IMG/VR virus record: IMGVR_UViG_3300044213_000051
Span: 23,218-87,217 of that record
Reading direction: 5' to 3' (one strand)
Source of the DNA: a virus
DNA length: 64,000 bases
Each line of letters starts with the position of its first letter. Position 1 is the first letter of the stretch. Both the position numbers and the translations under genes were made by a program. Below, in pieces: positions 19,332 through 28,642 of this stretch. Below the pieces are notes generated by a model. That model had not been told where the DNA came from. It did no database searches and saw only the letters and a program-made list of their open reading frames with translations.

Positions 19332-20257
19332 TAAGTTACATCTCCGAATGGGTTAGATTCACTAAAGTCTAAGAAATTAGTAGACTCAAGTTTGAATTCA
19401 TTATTTTGTCCAACATTGCCTTGTTTGTCGATATCGGTGTGTAGAACAGCTGTAGCAGTTGCGACGTCAGCAGCATTTCCAGTTCCTGGAGAACTAAACG
19501 TAATTGTTGGGGCAGCTTGATAACCATGACCAACGTTGGTAATATGTATTGCTGTAACTTTACCGTTTGTAATATCGCAAGTTGCCGTAGCACCTTTACC
19601 ACCATCACCTGCAGCAGCACTAATAGTTACGCTAGGAGCAGTTTGGTATCCATTACCTGGATTTGTTAAAGTAATATCGAAAACTCCACCAGCATCGCTG
19701 CGAGTAACGTTAGTAGTAAATGATTTTAATGTTTCAAAATTATCAATTTCAGCAACACCAGTGTCCAACAACTCTGACGCATATTGGAACAATTCTATTT
19801 GTAATTTGTAAACATATAGTTTACCTAACTGATAGAATGGGTCTTGGTGTTGAACAAATTTAATTTCAAACAATCCCTTAGTTAATGGGAAATAAATTAA
19901 ATCGCCTTCGTTTGGTCTATTCGGTAATGTTGTCATTCCATATTGACCAACAAGTTGATCCCAACGGCGACGAGCTACAACCAAAGTAGCTGACTGTTCT
20001 ATTACCAAACCAAATTTCTGAATAAATGCGCCTTGACCAGCAAGGGAATCCACATTTTCAAAATACATTTCAATAGGAAACGCAGATTTAAATGTGCTTA
20101 AACGATCTTCACCAAGAATATCGTCTTTGGAAACTAATGAACGTGGGATGTACATTACCTCATTACCATAAATCTTTAAAGATTCAATAATAATGTCTTC
20201 GATAAGGAACTGTTCGTTCTCAGTTCCTTGCGTAAAATATACGTTTACTGTACTCAT
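19331..20257 (-). CDS. gp14: Neck protein
   Basis: ESLKIYG..YIPR, RPNEGDLIYFP, FEIKFV..PFYQLGK, DFSESNPFG. Confidence 0.95.
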   Translation of the reverse strand: MSTVNVYFTQGTENEQFLIEDIIIESLKIYGNEVMYIPRSLVSKDDILGEDRLSTFKSAFPIEMYFENVDSLAGQGAFIQKFGLVIEQSATLVVARRRWDQLVGQYGMTTLPNRPNEGDLIYFPLTKGLFEIKFVQHQDPFYQLGKLYVYKLQIELFQYASELLDTGVAEIDNFETLKSFTTNVTRSDAGGVFDITLTNPGNGYQTAPSVTISAAAGDGGKGATATCDITNGKVTAIHITNVGHGYQAAPTITFSSPGTGNAADVATATAVLHTDIDKQGNVGQNNEFKLESTNFLDFSESNPFGDVT

Positions 20258-20258
20258 G

Positions 20259-21236
20259 TTAACCCATTATGAATTCTAACGGAGCAGACTTATTTCTCAA
20301 GTCGTCTTCAAGATCTTTAATTTCTTGAATTGCTTCTGCGTATAATTTGTCTCCATCTAAAGTAACGCCACCTGGAAGTTGTAGTCCAGAAAACTTTTTA
20401 AGGTTTGTTGCCCATTGTCGTTTGAATAATGCAGTTGTATACAATTTTAACCACCCATCATTCCACATTGCAGTCCAAACATTCGGATCAAGAATCGCAT
20501 AACACTCAGCGACAATCCAGTCACCTATGTTTACGTTCTGTTCCCAATTCATATCCAACCAAATTTGTTGCTGCATTCTATTAAATCTAAACTGAATTTT
20601 ACCATTTAATGTAAAATCTAATAAATCCAAATGATTCATTACTGTTTTATAGTAAATAATAGAAGTGGCAGTTAAATCATACAAGTCATTCAAACGCAAT
20701 TGGTATTGAATGTCGAACATATTTTTAGAACTTGATGTTCCAGCCAAAGGAAGGATCTGAGTTACACCATACACCAGTGGACTAACTGGAATAGATTTCG
20801 TATAAAAATCTCCAGGAATAAAATAATCTGATGTCGATTCTAAAACTGCTGATAAACCAGCACCAGTAATAGTTTCACCTGGAAGGAAAATAGAAGTATC
20901 AGCAAGTTTTGGGTTTTGAATATCACCAACTTGAATTGTTGACGCATCAAATGGATCGTTAATTAACGCAGTGGCGCCAGAGGTTTCTCCTGTAATAACA
21001 GTACCCTTGATCCATTGAGAAGCAACTGGAGTTGTTAATTTTAACCCCGAACCAGTTAACTTATGCTTCATCCAAATTTTTTCTATACCATCCCAATGGT
21101 ATAGACTATACATAGCTAACGCTTCGTCAATACGATCTTCTAATTGATCATCGTCCACGTTAATTTCAAGAACAGGTGCGCCAAGGTTTCTCAGCGCATA
21201 CTGTTTTAAATCTTCTCTAGATGCTAAAGCAGCCAT
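20259..21236 (-). CDS. gp13: Neck protein
   Basis: YALRNLGAPVLEINVDDDQ, KRQWATNLKKF, LPGGVTLDG. Confidence 0.95.
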   Translation of the reverse strand: MAALASREDLKQYALRNLGAPVLEINVDDDQLEDRIDEALAMYSLYHWDGIEKIWMKHKLTGSGLKLTTPVASQWIKGTVITGETSGATALINDPFDASTIQVGDIQNPKLADTSIFLPGETITGAGLSAVLESTSDYFIPGDFYTKSIPVSPLVYGVTQILPLAGTSSSKNMFDIQYQLRLNDLYDLTATSIIYYKTVMNHLDLLDFTLNGKIQFRFNRMQQQIWLDMNWEQNVNIGDWIVAECYAILDPNVWTAMWNDGWLKLYTTALFKRQWATNLKKFSGLQLPGGVTLDGDKLYAEAIQEIKDLEDDLRNKSAPLEFIMG

Positions 21237-21244
21237 GTTTTCCT

Positions 21245-21829
21245 CTAAGTAAATTTCGGTCCTTCAAACCAACCGACTAAACTATATCTTTTACCCTTAG
21301 TCACTGGTGTTAATCTATGATAAACAAAGGAAGGGAATGTTAACAATGTTCCTTGTTTTCTTACTATTTCTGCAGGTGGTGTTTCAGTAAGATTTTCCAA
21401 AACTAAATCGCCACCTTCATATGTTTGTTCATCTGATAATTGAAGAACGAATGTAACTTTTCTATGGTTGTTTGATGGATTAATCCAAAAAACATCTTGG
21501 TGAGATTTATACTCACCTTTATAAGACTCATCATATTCAGTAAACTGTAAATATGGTAAAGAATTGATATTAAATCCATACCAATTTTTATTTACATTAA
21601 GTAACATTTTCCAGTAATCTTCAAATACCATCCAGAAATCTTGATTCTCTGGATGAATCCATCTAACTTTAGATCTTCTATAATTATCATCACCAACTTT
21701 ACCTTCATATCCCAAAGTTGGATCTTCTGGAGTAATCTTTAATGCTTTTTCTATAATAAAATCGCACTGCTCTTTTGTATAAAAAGATTCATTATATACC
21801 CATTCACCTTTCATTATATCTCCAATCAA
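21245..21829 (-). CDS. 2OG-Fe(II) oxygenase (PKHD/prolyl-hydroxylase-like)
   Basis: HQD...H facial triad (YKSHQD; FPSFVYHRLTPV), YEGGDL, RYSLVGW. Start may be a downstream ATG (MKGEW). Confidence 0.9.
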   Translation of the reverse strand: MIGDIMKGEWVYNESFYTKEQCDFIIEKALKITPEDPTLGYEGKVGDDNYRRSKVRWIHPENQDFWMVFEDYWKMLLNVNKNWYGFNINSLPYLQFTEYDESYKGEYKSHQDVFWINPSNNHRKVTFVLQLSDEQTYEGGDLVLENLTETPPAEIVRKQGTLLTFPSFVYHRLTPVTKGKRYSLVGWFEGPKFT

Positions 21830-22065
21830 ATTACGTTAAGAATAATACCTTGTTCTATTTCCCTTTGAATTTGCGCAGTTAATATAGAAATTACATTATT
21901 TTTCATTTCTGTATTAAATTGAATTCCTTGTTTCGCCAACTGCAAATTAGTTCCTGGAACAACAGCAATCAGATTATATGTATCTTCATGCACAACATCG
22001 TTATGTGTAAACCTGATTGTCGCAGTCCAAGACACATCATCTTCAGTAATAATTTCAACTTGCAT
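21826..22065 (-). CDS. Small hypothetical protein after the collagen fibre
   Basis: 79-aa ORF with GGAG SD overlapping the fibre gene end. Confidence 0.65.
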   Translation of the reverse strand: MQVEIITEDDVSWTATIRFTHNDVVHEDTYNLIAVVPGTNLQLAKQGIQFNTEMKNNVISILTAQIQREIEQGIILNVI

Positions 22066-25000
22066 TATTTTCTCCAGTTAATTTAGAAATAATATTTTCT
22101 AGTTGTGCGATTCTCGCTTCAAGAGCTGCAACTTTGTCGTCAGTTTGTTTAGAAGCAACTGCAAGAATTGCTGTAGTTTCGCCGTAAGCAACAGAAAGAG
22201 TTCCAGTTCCAGTAGTTAATTTCAAACTGTCGTCAGCTTCTGCTACAAACTCAGAGCATCCATTATCACGTAGAGTTTGTGCTCCATAACCAATAGAAGT
22301 TCTACCTTCACGTTCATATTTAATCGCTGCAGCAGCAAGGGTATTTCTTCTTTCTGTTACATTATCAATCTCACGAACATTATCTTTTAGACGTAAGTCA
22401 GAATATGTTTGAACGAAACCACCGAAAGTAGTGTTGCCATTCATATCTGAGATCATTAACCAACCCCACTGAGGGTTGTAAACACCCCAAGTTCCACCGT
22501 TGGCCATTAATATACAGTTGTTTGGATAAACACCGAAACCACGCCAACCATTTAAACCTGAGCCATATGTTCCCACGTTACCATAACTATATTCGTTATC
22601 AGAAGCACGAATACCACGACCGTAATCTTCCCAGTAAACACCAGTAGCACCTTGACATCTATGCCAGTCGTTTGCGTAAATTCTTGTTCCGTAAACATAA
22701 CCAGTAAATGTTCCACCACCCCATGGCGAGCCAGATGGACCAGTAGGACCTGTTGGACCAGGAGAACCAGCAGGACCTGTCGGACCAGTTGAGCCAGTAG
22801 GACCTGTCGGACCAGGACTACCAGGAGCACCAGTTGGACCAGCCGAACCAGTCGGACCTGTTGGACCTGTTGGACCAGGAGAACCTGTTGCGCCTGTTGG
22901 ACCTGTTAATCCTGTTGGACCAGGAGAACCAGCAGGACCTGTTGGACCTGTTGGACCAGGAGAACCTGTTAATCCTGTTGGACCAGTAGGACCAGTAGGA
23001 CCTGTTGCACCAGTAGGACCTGTCGGACCTGTTGCACCAGTGGCACCAGTTACACCTTGAATACCTTGAGAACCAGTATCAGTGATTGTCCAAGTAGACA
23101 ATGTTCCACTACCACCAACATAATCAACACTGATTGTTAATGTAGTTGCGCTATATGCAGTAATAGCACCAGCGACAAAGTTTGTTGGAGCAGCTGTGTT
23201 AAACGCACGAACGTACTGACCAACAACGAAAGCATTAGTTCCTTGCGCTTGGTTAACTGTAAATGTTTTAGAACCAGTTCCGATAAGAACTGAAGAAGTA
23301 GAAGTTAAACCACCATATCCTAAACCATTGGCGCCAGTTGGACCTGTTGCACCAGCAGGACCTGTTGCGCCTGTTGCGCCTGTTGCGCCTTGTGGACCTG
23401 TTGGACCTGTTGGACCTGTTGCACCAGTGGCACCTGTAGATCCTGTCGGACCTGTTGCACCAGTGGCACCTTGTGGTATAGTAAAGTTTAAAACTGCAGC
23501 AGAAGTTGTTCCGCTATTTGTAACTGTTACGCTTGTTCCAGAAGCACCTGTTGTTACTGTTCCTACAGTAACAGTGGCAGCACTTCCTGTTGGACCTGTT
23601 GCGCCAGTAGGACCTGTTGGACCAGGAGCTCCTGTTGGACCAGTAGGACCTGTTGGACCAGTAACACCAGAAGTGTTTGTCCATTTACTTGTTGTTGAAT
23701 TATAAACAAGTACTTGATTGTTTGTTGGAGATGTTATGCTTACATCTGATAAGTTAGCAACTGGAATAGAAATATTCGCACTACCATCAAATGACACACC
23801 AGCAATGGTACGAGCAGTTGCTAGCTTAGTAGCTGTATCAGCATTACCTGTCAAAGCACCAACGAAGCTAGTAGAAGTAACAGAAGTTAAACCAGCAAGT
23901 GTTGTGCTAGAAGATCCCAGTGCAATCGCAGTAGTACCAACAGTAACAGAACTGTTGGCAAGTGCTGTATTTGGAATAGAACTTAAACGAGCATTCGGTA
24001 AAGTTCCACTAGTAATATTTGATGCGTTGGTAGTATCAGTTGTAGCTGATGCTGCTAGACCAGTAATCTTGCTAGTTGCGATAGAACCAGCAAGCATTGT
24101 ATTTGTTACGGTGCCAGTATCACCTGTTGTAACAACAGTACCAGTGACTGCTGGTATAGTGATAGTATTAGTACCAGCAACGGCAGGAACTTGAACTGTT
24201 ATAGTACCAGAAGTTGATCCGTTAAGTAATAATGTTTTACCTGCTGCTAAAGCTAAATGCTCAGAAGAAGTCCAAGCACCAGTGGCATTATACCAGTTGA
24301 ATGTCTTATCAGTAGTTCCGTGTAGTTTTAAACCACCACCATCAGCTGTAGTATTAGTTGGAGTTGTTACTGTACCAAGTTCGATATTTTTATCTGCAAT
24401 CTGAACAGTTACAGAATTTAGATATTCTGTTGTACCATTAACTGTTAGGTTGCCCGTTACGACTAAGTTTCCACCAAGACTAGTATTTCCTGTTGTAGTA
24501 AGCGCAGCAAATGTCGGAGATGCAGTAGTAGAAATATCTTGAACAGTACTAATAACACCAGTAGTGCTATTATAAGAAATACCAGTACCAGCTGATAGAG
24601 CAGCACGTGCACGTGTATCTGTATAGTAAAGGTTTGTTCCTTCAGCAATATCGCTTGTTGTAGCTGACGCACCAACAGTTGCACGACCCTTAGCATCAAC
24701 AGTAATCTTAGTATAAGTACCAGCAGTTACACCAGAAGAAGCAAGAGTTAAGACAGACGAACCAGCAGAAGTAGTAGCATCACCAGTAAATGCTGGTAAA
24801 CGAGCATTCGGTAAAGTGCCAGAACTAATATTAGAAGCATTAGTAGTATCAGTTGTAGCTGAGGCAGCTAAACCAGTAATTTTACTTGTTGGAATAGAAC
24901 CAGCCAACATAGTGCTAGTAACAGTACCACTGTCAGCTGACGTGATAACAGTACCAGTAACTGCTGGTAGAGTGATAGTATTAGTTCCAGCAATTGCTGT

Positions 25001-26149
25001 TGCTAATAAAGTAACTCCTCCACTTGTTGAACCATTGAATAAAGCACCAGTTCCACCAATCGCTGGTAGAGTTAAAGTTTTATTTAATAGAGTTTGTGTT
25101 CCAGTTAATGTAACAACAGTAGAGTCAATAGAAACTGTTTGACCTGATACAGTAATACCAGTACCTGAGCTAGTAACTACTATATTAGAAGTGCCATCAA
25201 AAGTTACACCGTTAATTGTTCTTGCTGTTGCTAGCTTAGTCGCAGTATCTGCGTTGCCAGTAAGAGCACCAACGAAACTTGTTGATGTTACGCTAGTCAA
25301 ACCAGCAAGTGTTGTGCTCGCAGCACCGAGAGAAATAGTTGTTGTACCAACTGTTACAGAACTGTTGATCAGTTTACCGTTGGCAATAGAACCAGCCAAC
25401 ATTGCGTTGGTAACAGTACCAGCGTCGCCAGTTGTGATAACAGTACCTGTTGTAGCAGGCAATGTGATAACAGTACCAGTACCAGCAGTTGAACTTGGAA
25501 TAAGCTGGATAGAACCTGAAGTTGATCCAGGTAATGTTACTGAAGAGATACCAGTTAATGCTAAGTTTGCGCTTGCTCTGTTTAAAGCTACAGCAGTAGT
25601 ACCAATATAGTGGGTATCAGTGGAGTTAGCGATACCAGTGATCGCACCATTAACGCCATTGACAGAAAGAACACCAGTGTTAGCAATAGTTACTGCGCCA
25701 GAACCATCGAAACTTGTGCCACTTAAACCAGTACCAATAGTAAGAGCATTAGTAGTACTGGCTTTAATTGTGATAGCTGCACTACCATCGAATGCTACGC
25801 CATTAATATTAGCTGCAGTTAATAGTTTAGTAGCTGTACTTGCGTTGCCAGTAAGAGCACCAACGAAACTAGTAGAAGTAACAGAAGTTAAACCAGCTAA
25901 GGTTGTCGAAGAAGAACCTAATGAGATTGTTGTAGTACCAACAGTAACAGAACTGTTTGCTAATTTAGTATTAGGGATTGACGATACGTTACTTAAATCT
26001 GCTCTAGCAAGTTGATAACCACCAGCAGTAACACCATCGTGAACGTGTAAAGTATTAAGTGTTGTATTGAATGTAGCTTCAGCCAACTGACCTGTAAAAG
26101 TCGAATGTTGGGTAGCAGTACCTCTTCTTAGTTGTATTTGAATTGACAT
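22055..26149 (-). CDS. Tail fibre with Mtd-like N-terminus, collagen repeats and C-terminal intramolecular chaperone (S74-like)
   Basis: IQLRRGT..H..FTG..E....DGVTAGG N-terminus; Thr/Gly/Ser-rich repeats; (GPT)n tracts; [10 protein letters not shown] chaperone start and terminal coiled coil. Confidence 0.88.
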   Translation of the reverse strand: MSIQIQLRRGTATQHSTFTGQLAEATFNTTLNTLHVHDGVTAGGYQLARADLSNVSSIPNTKLANSSVTVGTTTISLGSSSTTLAGLTSVTSTSFVGALTGNASTATKLLTAANINGVAFDGSAAITIKASTTNALTIGTGLSGTSFDGSGAVTIANTGVLSVNGVNGAITGIANSTDTHYIGTTAVALNRASANLALTGISSVTLPGSTSGSIQLIPSSTAGTGTVITLPATTGTVITTGDAGTVTNAMLAGSIANGKLINSSVTVGTTTISLGAASTTLAGLTSVTSTSFVGALTGNADTATKLATARTINGVTFDGTSNIVVTSSGTGITVSGQTVSIDSTVVTLTGTQTLLNKTLTLPAIGGTGALFNGSTSGGVTLLATAIAGTNTITLPAVTGTVITSADSGTVTSTMLAGSIPTSKITGLAASATTDTTNASNISSGTLPNARLPAFTGDATTSAGSSVLTLASSGVTAGTYTKITVDAKGRATVGASATTSDIAEGTNLYYTDTRARAALSAGTGISYNSTTGVISTVQDISTTASPTFAALTTTGNTSLGGNLVVTGNLTVNGTTEYLNSVTVQIADKNIELGTVTTPTNTTADGGGLKLHGTTDKTFNWYNATGAWTSSEHLALAAGKTLLLNGSTSGTITVQVPAVAGTNTITIPAVTGTVVTTGDTGTVTNTMLAGSIATSKITGLAASATTDTTNASNITSGTLPNARLSSIPNTALANSSVTVGTTAIALGSSSTTLAGLTSVTSTSFVGALTGNADTATKLATARTIAGVSFDGSANISIPVANLSDVSITSPTNNQVLVYNSTTSKWTNTSGVTGPTGPTGPTGAPGPTGPTGATGPTGSAATVTVGTVTTGASGTSVTVTNSGTTSAAVLNFTIPQGATGATGPTGSTGATGATGPTGPTGPQGATGATGATGPAGATGPTGANGLGYGGLTSTSSVLIGTGSKTFTVNQAQGTNAFVVGQYVRAFNTAAPTNFVAGAITAYSATTLTISVDYVGGSGTLSTWTITDTGSQGIQGVTGATGATGPTGPTGATGPTGPTGPTGLTGSPGPTGPTGPAGSPGPTGLTGPTGATGSPGPTGPTGPTGSAGPTGAPGSPGPTGPTGSTGPTGPAGSPGPTGPTGPSGSPWGGGTFTGYVYGTRIYANDWHRCQGATGVYWEDYGRGIRASDNEYSYGNVGTYGSGLNGWRGFGVYPNNCILMANGGTWGVYNPQWGWLMISDMNGNTTFGGFVQTYSDLRLKDNVREIDNVTERRNTLAAAAIKYEREGRTSIGYGAQTLRDNGCSEFVAEADDSLKLTTGTGTLSVAYGETTAILAVASKQTDDKVAALEARIAQLENIISKLTGENNAS
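22730..23665 (-). repeat. Collagen-like Gly-X-Y coding repeats (9-bp degenerate units, e.g. ggacctgtt)
   Basis: Three GXY tracts (GPT/GAT/GSP) separated by non-collagen segments. Confidence 0.9.
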
Positions 26150-26159
26150 TGTTTACCTT

Positions 26160-27290
26160 TTACACTATCGTTCCGCCATCTACTTGCGCAGAAGTATTTA
26201 TTTGATCTGTAATAGAACCAGCATCTACATAAGGGAATCCACTACTACCACCGCCACTAACAGTAGCCCACTGAACACCAGTTCCTGTTGATTGAAGAAC
26301 TTGACCAATCGTACCAATCGTACCACCAGCAGTAACAGTTCCTATTAAAGTTAAATTATTTTCAGTAGCACTATTTATTGTTGGACTTGTTAATGTCTTA
26401 TTAGTTAAAGTCTGAGAACCAGTAAGTGTTGCTACTGTAGAATCAATACTTACTGCAGTTCCACTAACAGAAATACCTGTTCCAGCTGTGGTTACTGTTA
26501 CGTTTGCTGAACCATCAAAAGAAACTCCATTGATTGTTATAGCTGTCGCTAATTTAGTAGCAGTTCCAGCATTGCCTGTTACTGATGTTTGTGGACCAGT
26601 ATATGCAGTAGTTTGTTGCGTAGAATCTGGAAACTGAATACCAGTAGTTAAAATCTTAACACTATACGGACTAGTCATAGTACCGTCAGAACCGAAATTC
26701 CAGATGTTACCGTTTGCGTTAAGTAAGACGTTACCTGCCGCAACAAGAACACCGCCAGTAGTAGATCCCTGAGTAATAACTGGCAATTGTAACTGGCCAG
26801 TAGAAGTGAATGAAGCAGTAAAGCTACCATTCACTAAGGTATTGATAGAAGCAGATCCTCCTAAACTAACTGCAGCAGAGTTAATAGTAATGCTACTATT
26901 AGTTAAAGCAGAGTTTGGAATATTAGTTAGCGTATTTGATGCGCCACTAATTGTTTTATTTGTTAGTGTTTGAGTACCAGTAAGCGTAGTTACTACTGTT
27001 GTATCAATTGCAACAGTACCAGAAGAAGTTATTGTTCCACCAGTAAGACCTGTACCTGCAGTTATTGAAGTTACTGTTCCAGTAGAACCACCACTGGTAG
27101 TTACGTTAGCCCATTGAAGACCAGTACCAGTAGACTGAAGAACTTGACCAGCGGTACCAGTAGAACCACCAGCAGTTAACGTTCCAGTTAATACTGCGCT
27201 GTTTAATGTTTTATTGGTTAGGGTCTGTGTTGCGCTTGATGTGACAACACTACTCGGAGCAACAATATTTGATAGTAAAGTATTAGACAT
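26160..27290 (-). CDS. Fibre/virion structural protein
   Basis: Repeats TQTLTNKT, GQVLQSTGTG.QW (twice), ATKLATAITINGVSFDG; C-terminal DGG motif. Confidence 0.8.
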   Translation of the reverse strand: MSNTLLSNIVAPSSVVTSSATQTLTNKTLNSAVLTGTLTAGGSTGTAGQVLQSTGTGLQWANVTTSGGSTGTVTSITAGTGLTGGTITSSGTVAIDTTVVTTLTGTQTLTNKTISGASNTLTNIPNSALTNSSITINSAAVSLGGSASINTLVNGSFTASFTSTGQLQLPVITQGSTTGGVLVAAGNVLLNANGNIWNFGSDGTMTSPYSVKILTTGIQFPDSTQQTTAYTGPQTSVTGNAGTATKLATAITINGVSFDGSANVTVTTAGTGISVSGTAVSIDSTVATLTGSQTLTNKTLTSPTINSATENNLTLIGTVTAGGTIGTIGQVLQSTGTGVQWATVSGGGSSGFPYVDAGSITDQINTSAQVDGGTIV

Positions 27291-28564
27291 TATCTAACCA
27301 CCTGTACGTGTAGAATTGGGGTATCTTCATTACCATTACCATATCGAGCAACAGTTAAAGAGAATCCAGTAGTTGATGGTGTAGTTCCGTTTGTAATATT
27401 AACTGCACAATCAGAATTTGATCCAGGAGTCTGAGCAGTGGCAGTAATAGCATAATTACCATCTGGCATTGCAGTTCCAAATGTAAAGGTATAGACACCA
27501 GCAGAAGAACGAGAAACAGAAAGGTTTCCGCTCGCTCTAGTAGTCATAGAACTGCCATTCCAACCACAGTTAATCCATGCACGAACACCGTAAACTGGCG
27601 CAACTGAACCATACCCACTATTCATTGATGTTACACCACCAAGATTAACCCCACCAGAGGTTTGAGTATTAAGATTAACTGTGCTACCATCAGTAGCATT
27701 CAACCATAGAGAACCAGCAGTGCTGTGTATATGGAAGTTTCCATCATCAAATAAGTTACCAGTAGATCCTACTGTAATACCATTAGTTGATATGCCACCA
27801 GCTGCAATACTAAGTTTAGTTAATGTGCCAACAGAAGTTAAACTAGAAGAAACAACTGTAGAGTTTAGTGATGTTCCAGTAAGTGTTGTTGCTGCTGCCG
27901 CAATAGTAATCGCAGCAGAACCATCAAATGCCACACCATTAATATTTCGAGCAGTAGCCAACTTAGTAGCAGTTGCTGCGTTACCGCTTGCAGTAATATA
28001 TCCAGAATCGTTAGTGAACGCTGATAGTACAGTTGGAACTGTTGGTATAGTTGGTTTATTCGTTATATTAGACCAGTCAACAACACCAGAACCATTACCA
28101 CCACTCGCTCCAACCTGCGTATAAACTAACCAAGTAGTTCCATTAAAAGTTAATGTGACTGAAACACCTTGAATGTCTAGGTTTAGATCTTGCGCAATAC
28201 CATCAATTGTTTGAGAATTTCTAGCAACAGTAAGTGGGGTTGTGCTAAAATTAGAACCATCAGCAATAACTACCCAATCTCCAGAATTTGGAGAAGCTGG
28301 TAGGGTAATGGTAAATGCGCCACCTGAGGTATTGGCGATGTATGATTGACGAGCAACTGCAGTTGTATTTGCAGTAACTGTAATATATGAAAGAAGATTA
28401 CCGTTAGTTGAAACGGAAATTAAAGAATCTGTCCCGTTTGGGGATTTTTTGAAGAATAAGTTGCCGTCGTATGTGTTTAGTGCCAACTCACCGAGCTGTA
28501 AAGACGCAGTAGTTGGTATTTTCCCTTGAACGCTAGAGCGTTTTAGTAAAACATTATTTGACAT
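27290..28564 (-). CDS. Fibre/virion structural protein
   Basis: LKRSS...P...L..GELALNTYDG N-terminus; TITLPASP..GD module; C-terminal RAWINC...GVYTFTF..AMPD.NY domain. Confidence 0.8.
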   Translation of the reverse strand: MSNNVLLKRSSVQGKIPTTASLQLGELALNTYDGNLFFKKSPNGTDSLISVSTNGNLLSYITVTANTTAVARQSYIANTSGGAFTITLPASPNSGDWVVIADGSNFSTTPLTVARNSQTIDGIAQDLNLDIQGVSVTLTFNGTTWLVYTQVGASGGNGSGVVDWSNITNKPTIPTVPTVLSAFTNDSGYITASGNAATATKLATARNINGVAFDGSAAITIAAAATTLTGTSLNSTVVSSSLTSVGTLTKLSIAAGGISTNGITVGSTGNLFDDGNFHIHSTAGSLWLNATDGSTVNLNTQTSGGVNLGGVTSMNSGYGSVAPVYGVRAWINCGWNGSSMTTRASGNLSVSRSSAGVYTFTFGTAMPDGNYAITATAQTPGSNSDCAVNITNGTTPSTTGFSLTVARYGNGNEDTPILHVQVVR

Positions 28565-28632
28565 TATAACCTATTCTATGTAGAAATTGATACTCAGTAT
28601 ATACTGAGGGGTGGGAATTTCACCCACCCAAT

Positions 28633-28640
28633 TATTTAGC
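28633..28640 (-). promoter_or_regulatory. Late promoter (GCTAAATA) followed by two inverted repeats
   Basis: Late box directly upstream of the hairpin at 28609-28629 and the palindrome at 28593-28608. Confidence 0.6.
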
Positions 28641-28642
28641 TA

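Noticed and set aside
22730-23665. Short periodic repeats resembling a CRISPR array or satellite
   Set aside because: Degenerate 9-bp coding units for Gly-X-Y, with no spacers.
25990-26149. Mtd-like N-terminus suggesting a diversity-generating retroelement
   Set aside because: No reverse transcriptase and no template/variable repeat pair with adenine-specific mismatches seen in the window.
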